From Spirochaetia bacterium (lineage in GTDB: Bacteria; Spirochaetota; Spirochaetia; SZUA-6; Bin103): a DNA stretch of 64,000 bases. The stretch's first letter is position 1. Every line of letters starts with the position of its first letter. The notes beneath the pieces are model-generated. The model saw only the letters and a program-made list of their open reading frames with translations, was not told the DNA's origin and did not search any database. Made by a program: the position numbers and the translations under genes. This document shows positions 1 through 7,900 of this stretch, in pieces. Location of the stretch: assembly GCA_965243555.1 (NCBI GenBank), contig OZ251575.1:3269007-3333006 (forward strand), written 5' to 3'.

Positions 1-74
1 GAGAACGCCCGCAACGCGAAGCGCAAGACGGTACGCGACACCGACATTACCTGAAGCCGGCGCGCCGCTCCCCA

Positions 75-1424
75 TCAGGCGGCGGGATAGCGGTCGGCTT
101 CAATGGCGGGGCAGAGCGCCTCGCGCGCTTCCGCGGCGACGGCCAGCGAGCCGGTGGCGAGCACCAGGTCGTTGCCGCCGGCGGCGGCCAGTAACTGCCG
201 CAGGGTGTCCGCCACCGGGAGGGCGCCGGCGCGGGCGGCGATGCCGGCCGCCTGCAGCGCGGCGGCCAGCTCCGCGGCCGGCATGGCGCGCGGGTGGCGC
301 GAGCAGACCGCGATGATGGTGTCCGCGAGCGGCTGCAGCAGGCGTAGCGTGGCGACCGGGTCGTGACCCCGTTGGCCGCCCACCAGCGCCAGCAGCCGCG
401 GCCGCGGCCGCACCAGCCGCAGTTCGGCGGCAAGCAGCGCCATGGCGCGCGGGCAGTGGGCGCCGTCCGCTACCACCGCCTGCGGCTGCCGCTGCAGCAC
501 CTCGAAGCGCGCCGGCCAGGTGACTTGCGCCAGCCCGCGCCGGACGTCGGCAACGGTCAGCGGGGCGCCCAGCTCGATCAGCCGTTGCGCGGCGGTAATG
601 GCCACGGCGGCGTTTTCGCGCTGCACGGCGCCGCGTAGCGGCAGCGCCGCGCGGAACTCGGCGCCGCCGGGGCCGCGCCAGCGCACCTCCCGGAGCGGCT
701 GGGCCAGCGGGTCGACGGGGCGCTCCGGCGCGGGCGGCGCGACCGTTTCCAGGTCCGCCCCCTGCTGCCGCGCCTCCCGTTCGAGCACCGCCTGCACCGC
801 CGGCTCCTGCGGCGCCGTGACCACCGGCACCCCCGGCTTGATGATCCCGGCCTTGGCGTGGGCAATGTCGCGCAGGGTGCTGCCGAGCGCCGGCAGGTGA
901 TCGCGGCTGATATTGGTGATTACTGACAGCACCGGCCGCACTATATTGGTAGTGTCGTCGCGGCCGCCGACGAACGCCTCGATCACCTGGTACGCGGCTC
1001 CCACCTCCCGGAAGTGATGCAACCCCATTGCCGTCAACAGTTCCAGCGTAGTGACCTGCGGGACCGCCTGCGCGGCGGGCCACGTCTCGGCGAAGCGGGC
1101 GGCGAACTGCGCGCGGCTGATTGGCGTGAGACCGAGGCGGATGCGCTCGGTCATGGAGTGCAGGTGAGGCGAGGTGAACAGGCCACTACGCAAGCCGGCG
1201 GCGCTCAGAATCGAGGCGATCATCGCCGCGACGGAGCCCTTTCCGTTGGTGCCGGCGACGTGGATGGTGGGCACCGCCAGGTGCGGGTTGTCCAACCGTT
1301 GCAGCAGGGCGCGCAGGCGCGCGTGGCGGTGGCGCCGACGGTCGCCCGGAGCGGCGCCGCGGCGCAGGTCGGTCAGCCTCAGCAGGCGCGCGATGGCCGC
1401 CTCGTAGGCGCCGGGCTCGCTCAC
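75..1424 (-). CDS. folC: Folylpolyglutamate synthase / dihydrofolate synthase (Mur-ligase family)
   Basis: 449-aa ORF with Mur-ligase P-loop 'HVAGTNGKGSV' and FolC-like length and layout. Confidence 0.85.
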   Translation of the reverse strand: MSEPGAYEAAIARLLRLTDLRRGAAPGDRRRHRHARLRALLQRLDNPHLAVPTIHVAGTNGKGSVAAMIASILSAAGLRSGLFTSPHLHSMTERIRLGLTPISRAQFAARFAETWPAAQAVPQVTTLELLTAMGLHHFREVGAAYQVIEAFVGGRDDTTNIVRPVLSVITNISRDHLPALGSTLRDIAHAKAGIIKPGVPVVTAPQEPAVQAVLEREARQQGADLETVAPPAPERPVDPLAQPLREVRWRGPGGAEFRAALPLRGAVQRENAAVAITAAQRLIELGAPLTVADVRRGLAQVTWPARFEVLQRQPQAVVADGAHCPRAMALLAAELRLVRPRPRLLALVGGQRGHDPVATLRLLQPLADTIIAVCSRHPRAMPAAELAAALQAAGIAARAGALPVADTLRQLLAAAGGNDLVLATGSLAVAAEAREALCPAIEADRYPAA

Positions 1425-1447
1425 GGCGCGACGGTAACCGGCGCCGA

Positions 1448-2311
1448 TTGCCGTGTAAAGGCGGCGGGCGCGGCATGCTGACCGGCGGCGGCAAGGACCG
1501 CTCCTGGCTGGCGCGCACCTCCTATCCGGGGCGCGGCCTCGTGGTCGGCTGCAGTGCGGACGGCGCCGCCGGCGTGCAGCTATATTGGATCATGGGGCGC
1601 AGCAGCCGCAGCCGCAACCGGCGCCTGGTGCGGGACGATAGCGGGGCCGTGCGGGCGGTGGCGGCGGTCCCCGCGGCGCCGGCGATGGCTGTGCCCGGCG
1701 GCGGCGATGACAGCCTGATTCACTACCCGGCGACGGCGGTGGTGGCCGGCGGCGCGCCCGGTGGCACCGGGTCCGGCAGTACTTGCCACGTGATCGGCAA
1801 CGGCGACCACGTCGCGACCATCGCCGCCGGCCTGGCCGCCGGCGACTCCTTCGCGGCCGCGTTCGCGCGCCGCGACCCGGAGCCGGACCCGCCCCACTAC
1901 ACGCCGCGGATTGCCGGCCTGATTGCCGCCGGCGGCGGGGGCTACGAGCTGGCCATCATCAAGGCCGCCGCCGGCGGCGACCCGCGGCAGGTGAGCTTCC
2001 AGCACTTCACCTACCGCAGCGCGCGCCCCGGCTGGGGCCACTGCCTCACCACCTACGAGGGCGCGGGCGAGGGGGGCGGCGCGCCGCTGCCGCCGTTCGC
2101 CGGCGAGCCGTTTCCGCTGCCGCTCGCGGCTACCCCGCGGCAGGCGGTGCGGGAGCTGTGGGACTTGCTTGACCGCGACCACCGGGTGGCCGCGCTGGCA
2201 AAGTTCATTGACCGCTCCGGCGCGGTGACCACCGCGCTCGTCAACCGCCACCCGGACCCGGCCGCCGCCGGCGGGGCGGCTGCCGGCGGTGCGGCGGGAG
2301 GCGCGGGCTGA
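1448..2311 (+). CDS. PurO-like (archaeal-type) IMP cyclohydrolase family protein
   Basis: 287-aa ORF. 'YPGRGLVVG...LYWIMGRSSRSRNRRLV' and 'HYTPRIAG' resemble the PurO N-terminal and core motifs ('GR..VVG...YRVSSRSFPNR', 'TPRIA'). Start may be a few codons downstream. Assignment from memory only. Confidence 0.5.
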   Translation: MPCKGGGRGMLTGGGKDRSWLARTSYPGRGLVVGCSADGAAGVQLYWIMGRSSRSRNRRLVRDDSGAVRAVAAVPAAPAMAVPGGGDDSLIHYPATAVVAGGAPGGTGSGSTCHVIGNGDHVATIAAGLAAGDSFAAAFARRDPEPDPPHYTPRIAGLIAAGGGGYELAIIKAAAGGDPRQVSFQHFTYRSARPGWGHCLTTYEGAGEGGGAPLPPFAGEPFPLPLAATPRQAVRELWDLLDRDHRVAALAKFIDRSGAVTTALVNRHPDPAAAGGAAAGGAAGGAG

Positions 2312-2964
2312 TGGGCGAGCGCCGCCGTTGCGACTGGTGCGCGGGCGACGAGTTGATGCGGGCGTACCACGACGCCGAGTGGGGCACGCCGGTGCGCGAC
2401 GACGACCGCCTGCAGTTCGAGTTCCTGGTGCTGGAAGGGGCGCAGGCGGGGTTGAGTTGGCGCACCATCCTGCACAAGCGCGCCGGCTACCGCCGCGCCT
2501 ACGAAAACTTCGAGGTGGCGCGGGTAGCGCGCTACGGCGCGGCGCGGCAGGCGGCGTTGCTGGCCAACCCCGCCATCGTGCGCAACCGGCTCAAGGTGGC
2601 GGCGTCAATCGGCAACGCGCGCGCCTTTCTCGCGGTGCAGGAGCAATTCGGCAGCTTCTGCGCTTACCTGTGGCGCTTCGTCGACGGCCAACCCGTGGTG
2701 GGCGGGTGGCGCGCCGCCGGCGAGGTTCCGGCCGCCACCGACCTGTCGCGGCAGGTGAGCCGCGACCTGCGCGGGCGCGGCTTTCGCTTCGTGGGCCCCA
2801 CCATCGTGTACGCCCATCTGCAGGCGGTGGGAGTGGTCAACGATCACCTGGTCGACTGCTTCCGCTACGCCGAGCTCACCGCCCAATCCGTCAGTATCAT
2901 CAATACCAAATCATCAATACCAAGCAACCATCGAGGAATCCCCTATGAGTCCAACCACCAGTAG
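2311..2964 (+). CDS. tag: DNA-3-methyladenine glycosylase I
   Basis: 'CDWC..DELMRAYHDAEWGTPVRDDDRLFEFLVLEGAQAGLSWRTIL' is the canonical Tag N-terminus. The last ~20 codons read through an AT-rich spacer and overlap the next gene. Confidence 0.9.
   Translation: MGERRRCDWCAGDELMRAYHDAEWGTPVRDDDRLQFEFLVLEGAQAGLSWRTILHKRAGYRRAYENFEVARVARYGAARQAALLANPAIVRNRLKVAASIGNARAFLAVQEQFGSFCAYLWRFVDGQPVVGGWRAAGEVPAATDLSRQVSRDLRGRGFRFVGPTIVYAHLQAVGVVNDHLVDCFRYAELTAQSVSIINTKSSIPSNHRGIPYESNHQ
2897..2923. repeat. 13-bp direct repeat TCATCAATACCAA x2 (14-bp period) in an AT-rich patch just upstream of the NYN gene start
   Basis: Read directly: 2897-2909 and 2911-2923 are identical, and the surrounding ~50 nt are unusually AT-rich for this genome. 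Confidence 0.9.
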
Positions 2965-3763
2965 CGAGCGCCGCTTGGCCGTCCTGATCGACGGCGACAA
3001 CGCGCAGGCTTCGCAAATCGAACACGTCATGAAGGAAGTCGTGAAGTTCGGGGTCGTCACCATTCGCCGCATCTACGGCGACTGGACCACCCCGCAACTC
3101 GACTCCTGGAAGAGGAAGCTCCCCGTCCACGCCATTCAGCCGATCCAGCAGTTCCGCAACACGGTGGGCAAGAACGCCACCGACTCGGCGATGATCATCG
3201 ACGCCATGGACATTCTCTACAGCGATCACGTCGGCGGCTTCGTGATCGTCTCCAGCGACAGCGACTACACCAAGCTGGCGATTCGCCTGCGCGAGGCGGG
3301 CATGGAGGTGATCGGCATCGGCAAGCACCATACCCCCAAGCCGTTCGTCAACGCCTGCAACGAGTTTCGCTACGTCGAGAACATCATGAAGAGTTACGAG
3401 GGCGACCGCCGCCGCCGGCCCGCCCGGCGCCGTGGCGACAGTCCGGGAGGCGCAAGCCCCGAGCCCGCGGCCAGCGAGGCGGGCGCGAACGGCGCCATGG
3501 GCATCGAGGATGCCAGCGTGGACGCCGACCTGCTCTCCATCGTCAGCGAGGCGCACGAGATGGTGGATCAGGAGTCGGCGTGGGTGGATCTGCGCAAGAT
3601 CGCCAACAACCTCAAGAAGCTGGACCCGGCGTTCGACCCGCGTACCTACGGCTCCTCCAAGCTGGTCAAGATCATCGCCGCCCGCACCGACGCCTTCGAG
3701 GTGAAGCGGGACCGGATCCGGCAGCGCATCATGGTGCGCATCAAGGATCCGGTCGACCGCTAA
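2945..3763 (+). CDS. NYN-domain (LabA-like) protein with C-terminal OST-HTH/LOTUS-like domain
   Basis: 'LAVLIDGDNA...IRRIYGDW...VIVSSDSDYTKLAIRLREAGMEVIGIG' is the NYN/LabA pattern. The C-terminal ~70 aa ('WVDLRKIANNLKKLDPAFDPRTYGSSKLVKII') resembles OST-HTH. Confidence 0.75.
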   Translation: MSPTTSSERRLAVLIDGDNAQASQIEHVMKEVVKFGVVTIRRIYGDWTTPQLDSWKRKLPVHAIQPIQQFRNTVGKNATDSAMIIDAMDILYSDHVGGFVIVSSDSDYTKLAIRLREAGMEVIGIGKHHTPKPFVNACNEFRYVENIMKSYEGDRRRRPARRRGDSPGGASPEPAASEAGANGAMGIEDASVDADLLSIVSEAHEMVDQESAWVDLRKIANNLKKLDPAFDPRTYGSSKLVKIIAARTDAFEVKRDRIRQRIMVRIKDPVDR

Positions 3764-3773
3764 CGCCGCCGGC

Positions 3774-4208
3774 ATGGCGGCCGCGGATGGCCGGCAGGAT
3801 GGGCTGCTGCCGCGCATCGCCGCGGTGGTGGCGGCGATCCCGCGCGGGCGGGTGGCCACCTACGGCCAGGTAGCGGCGCAGGCCGGGAACGCGCGCGCGG
3901 CGCGGCAGGATGGGCTGCTGCCGCGCATCGCCGCGGTGGTGGCGGCGATCCCGTGCGGGCGGGTGGCCACCTACGGCCAGGTAGCGGCGCAGGCCGGGAA
4001 CGCGCGCGCGGCGCGGCAGGTGGCCTGGGCGTTGCGGGTCTACGCCGGCCGCGCGCTGCCCTGGCAGCGGGTGATCGGGGCAGGCGGCGTGATTCGGCTG
4101 CCGCCGGGCAACGGCCTGGAGCGGCAGCGGGCGCTGCTGCGCGCCGAAGGGGTGGCGGTCGACGCCGCCGGCCGCCTCGACCTGGCCGCCTACCAGTGGC
4201 GCCCGTGA
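3774..4208 (+). CDS. Alkyltransferase-like (ATL) / MGMT DNA-binding-domain protein lacking the acceptor Cys, with an internal 37-aa duplication
   Basis: 'IPRGRVATYGQVAAQAGNARAARQVAWAL...LPWQRVIGAGG'. Trp replaces Cys of the MGMT 'PCHRV' site, as in ATL proteins ('PWHRV'). 144 aa because residues ~7-43 are duplicated. Confidence 0.75.
   Translation: MAAADGRQDGLLPRIAAVVAAIPRGRVATYGQVAAQAGNARAARQDGLLPRIAAVVAAIPCGRVATYGQVAAQAGNARAARQVAWALRVYAGRALPWQRVIGAGGVIRLPPGNGLERQRALLRAEGVAVDAAGRLDLAAYQWRP
3792..4013 (+). repeat. Perfectly phased 111-bp tandem duplication (2 copies, 110/111 identical) inside the ATL gene
   Basis: Copy 1 is 3792-3902 and copy 2 is 3903-4013. The only mismatch is C3843 vs T3954 (Arg->Cys). 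The next 7 nt repeat the unit start. Confidence 0.95.
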
Positions 4209-4275
4209 GCATCCGCCCGGTGGCGCCCGTGAGTGTCCGCCCGGTGGCGCCCGTGAGTGTCCGCCCGGTGGCGCG
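4196..4275 (+). repeat. 24-bp tandem repeat GTGGCGCCCGTGAG(CA/TG)TCCGCCCG, ~3.3 copies, spanning the ATL stop codon and filling the intergenic spacer
   Basis: Units at 4196-4219, 4220-4243 and 4244-4267, plus a partial unit. The ATL stop TGA (4206-4208) lies inside unit 1. Confidence 0.95.
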
Positions 4276-4293
4276 CGGCGGGAGCGCCGGGCG

Positions 4294-4908
4294 GTGACCG
4301 GGAGCGCGGCCGGCGCTCCGGTGCGCTGGTGCTACGAGCAGAAGCGCTACCCCGACGGGCGCCGCAACCGGTTCCGCGCGCGTGTGCTGCTGCTGCAGCC
4401 GGGTCGCGGCGCGCTGCACTTCGCCAGCGACCGCGCCTACGAGGTGGGCGGCCTGCACCTGCCGCGCGGCACGGTAACGTTCGGCCTGTTCTGGGAGGAC
4501 CGCCCCTACAACCTGTACGCCTGGATGGCGCCCGGCCTGGCGGCGCCGCGCGGGCTCTACTTCAACGTGTGCGACCAAGTTACGTTGAGCGCCGGCCGCT
4601 TCGACTGGCGCGACCTGTGGGTAGACGTGCTGATCCTCCCGCACGCCGCGCCGCGCGTCCTCGACCGCCACGAAATCCCGCCCGCCACCGGCCCCGGCCT
4701 GCGCGCCGCCGTGGACGCCGCGGTGCGCCGCGTGCTCGCCGAACACCGCGCGGTGTTCGGCTACCTGCGGGCGCTGCTGCCCGCCCTGCGCAGCCGCAGT
4801 TGGTCGCTACCGGCGGACGAATTCACCCGCCGCGGCGCGCCCTGCCCCCCCCTTGACGGAATCGCGGCGATGGTGCATGACTCAAAACTTGCCGCGCGAC
4901 CGGACTGA
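4294..4908 (+). CDS. DUF402-family protein (FomD/Ntdp-like nucleoside di/triphosphatase fold)
   Basis: 'LYFNVCD...GRFDWRDLWVDVLILP...RVLDRHEI' fits the DUF402 core pattern (yxNi...DleLDv...vlDedE). From memory. Confidence 0.55.
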   Translation: MTGSAAGAPVRWCYEQKRYPDGRRNRFRARVLLLQPGRGALHFASDRAYEVGGLHLPRGTVTFGLFWEDRPYNLYAWMAPGLAAPRGLYFNVCDQVTLSAGRFDWRDLWVDVLILPHAAPRVLDRHEIPPATGPGLRAAVDAAVRRVLAEHRAVFGYLRALLPALRSRSWSLPADEFTRRGAPCPPLDGIAAMVHDSKLAARPD

Positions 4909-4938
4909 GGATGAGCCCGTGAAACGAAGTGACATAGT

Positions 4939-4954
4939 TGGCACGCTCCTTGCT
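4939..4954 (+). promoter_or_regulatory. Near-consensus sigma54 (RpoN) -24/-12 promoter element TGGCACG-N4-TTGCT
   Basis: 4939-4954 reads TGGCACGCTCCTTGCT, against the consensus TGGCACG-N4-TTGCW. It lies in the 45-bp gap upstream of the giant ORF. The predicted TSS (~4964-4966) falls in the poly-G tract. Confidence 0.5.
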
Positions 4955-7900
4955 TGCACCTGGGGGGGGGGGGGGGGGGGGGGGCGGCTGTCATAGCTGC
5001 GCGCCGCTCAACCACCATCGCCGGCGTAGCGGCGGCGGCCGTGCTGGCGGCGCTGCTGTGCGCGGCGGTCCCGGCCGCGGCGCAATCCGACCCCCTCTCC
5101 TTCGGTTCGGCCACCGTCGATAGCAGGCTGTACGACACCGGCACGGCGATTACGCCGATCGTGCTGCCGGAGGCGGCCGGAGGAACCGGCGCGGTGAGCT
5201 ACACGCTGGCGCCGGCCACGCTGCCGCGCGGGCTCACCTGGACCGCATCCACCCGCACCATCGCCGGCACGCCGAGCCAGGTCACCGCCGCCGCCACCTA
5301 CACCTGGACCGCCACCGACGCGGGCGGCGTCGCCGTCGCGCTCACCTTCTCCCTGCAGGTCTGGGCCCCGGCCGGACCGGCGATCAACGGCGTCGACGTG
5401 TTGGTGGAGACCGTGAACGGGGTCACCAAGTCCAACTACCAGTCCGGGGAAACGATCAAGCTGCTGCTCCAATATCCCGAGAAGGTGGCGGTCACCGGGA
5501 CGCCGCAGCTCGCCCTGGACGTCGGCGGTCGTACGCGCACGGCCGGCTACGACGCCGCCGAGACCGCGGAGCTCCGGCAGGAGTGGGCCGGCGATACCGC
5601 CGACGTACTGGCCTTCGCCTACACGGTGCGGGCGGACGACTTCGACGGCGACGGCGCCGCCGTGGCCGCGGACGCGCTCCGCCTCAACGGCGGGACCATC
5701 CGCACGGTGGCCGCCGCCACCGACGTCAAGCTCAGCCTGGGCAGTCACGCGGCGGCGAGCGGCGGCACGGTGAGCGCCAAGATGCGGGTGCGCGACACGG
5801 CGCCCTCCTTTTCACACGCTGCGTCCGCCGCCGGCCGGTCGCTGGCGCGGGGCGTGGCGACGTCCACCACACTGCCGCGGGCCACCGGCGGCGACGGCGC
5901 GCTCACCTACACCATCTCCCCGGCGCTGCCGCGCGGCCTGGCGCTCGGCAGCGCCACCGCCACCATCACCGGCACGCCCGCGGCGTCGGGCGCGACCACG
6001 CACACGCTCACCGCCGCGGACGCCGACGGCGACCGCGCGGCGCTCGGCCCGTTCACCATTACCGTGGCCGCGGCCAACGCGCCGAAGCCGAGCGCGCTCA
6101 CCATCGTGCCGCCGGTCGGATTCGACGGTGACTACGCCGCCGGCGAAGTGATCTGGGCGATCGTCACGTTCGACCGGGCGGTCACCATCACCGGCGCGCC
6201 GCAGCTCGCGCTGACCATCGGCGCCCACGTCCGTCAGGCGGCCTACAGCAGCATCAGCAGCGACCCCGACGACATCTCGTTCAAGTACACGGTGACCGCG
6301 GCGGACTTCGACGGCGACGGCATCAGCATCGGCTCCGCGGCGCTCACCCTCAACGGCGGCGGCATCACCGGCGCCGGCGACGCCGCCGTGGCCGCGGCGC
6401 GCGACCTGAGCGCCTATGACCTGGCCAACGACGGCCGCTACACGGTGCGCGACACGCAGCCGGCGTTCGGGTCCGCCTCGATAGGGAACAAGACCTACCC
6501 CACCGGCACGGCGGTGAACGAGTCGCTGCCGGCGGCCACCGGCGGCGACGGAACCGTCCGTTACTCGCTGACGCCGGCCCTGCCGGCCGGCCTCGCCTTC
6601 GACGCCGGCCGGCGCCGCATCCACGGCACGCCGACCGCCCAGGCCGCGGGCGCGGACTACACCTACCGGGCCACCGACGGCGACGGCGACGGCGCGGCGC
6701 TCACCTTCCGCCTGGCGGTGACCAGCGTCCCCACGGTGAGCGGGGTGACCGTCAGCTCCCGCCCGGCGAGCGGCAGCGCCTACGGCGTGGCGGAGACGAT
6801 CAGCGTGGAGGTGCGCTTCGACCAGGCGGTGACGGTCACCACCCCCAACCCCAGCCTGGAGCTCACCGTCGGCAGCAACGCGCGCAGCGCGGCGTTCGCC
6901 AGCAAGCCCAACGCCAGCACCCTGCGTTTCAGCTACCGGGTGCAGGCCGACGACGATGACGACGACGGCATCGGCATCGCCGCCGGCGCGCTCACGCTCA
7001 CCGGCGCCGGCACGCTGCGCGACGCGACCGGCACCCGCAACGCCAACTTGGCGCTCGGCAGCCACGCCATCGCCGCCGCCGCCGGCCACCAGGTCGATAC
7101 GCCGCCGATCATCTCCGGCGTCGCCATCACCTCCACCCCGGCCGGCGGCAACTACGCCGCCGGCGACGTGATCTCGGTGCGCCTCACGTTCACGGAGCTG
7201 GTGTTCGTGCGCAGTGATGAGCCGACCGTGGCGCTCACCATCGGCGCCGACACGCGCACCGCGGCCTGGCACAGCGGCTCCGGCGGGTCGCCGTCCACCC
7301 ATACCTTCACCTACACCGTGCAGGCGTCCGACTTCGACGGCGACGGCATCAGCATCGCCGCCGGCGCGGTGACCGCCAACGGCGGCTTCCTGACCTACTC
7401 CGGCAGCGACGATCCGTTTCGCCAGGCGCTGGTGGGGCTCGGCAGCCACGCGGTCACCGACGACGGCGATCACCGCGTGCGCGATACGGCGCCGGCGTTC
7501 AGCGCCGCGGTGCCGGCGCAGCACTACGTGGCCGGCACGGCGGCCTCGCTCACCCTGCCCACGGCCACCGGCGACGGCAGCATCTCGTATGAACTCACCA
7601 GCACGCTGCCGGGCGGCCTTGCCTACGGCAGCGCCACCCGCGCGATCAGCGGAACGCCGCAGGCCGCCGGCGCCGCCAGTGAGCAGACCTGGGTGGCCAC
7701 CGACGGCGACGGCGACGAAACGGCCCTCACCTTCACCATCACCGTGGCGTCCGCCGCCGCGCCGAAGGTGTCGGCGCTCACCTTTCTCTCCTCGCCGCGG
7801 ACCGGCGACACCTACGGCGCCGGCGAGGAGATCGCGGTCGGCCTCAAGTTCGACGAGAGCGTCACCAAGACCGGCACGCCGCGGCTGGCGCTGGCGATCG

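Noticed and set aside
1-52. Open frame running from the window edge to TGA at 50-52 (…ENARNAKRKTVRDTDIT*)
   Set aside because: Only 17 codons are visible, too few to support any call.
4196-4275. 24-bp x3 repeat considered as a mini-CRISPR
   Set aside because: The units are directly adjacent with no spacers, there are only ~3 copies, and no cas genes are present.
3760-4746. 328-aa minus-strand ORF spanning the ATL gene, the 24-bp repeats and the DUF402 gene
   Set aside because: It is antisense to two plus-strand genes with recognisable motifs. Its own sequence is dominated by repeat-derived 'TGRTLTGATGR' and Pro/Arg runs.
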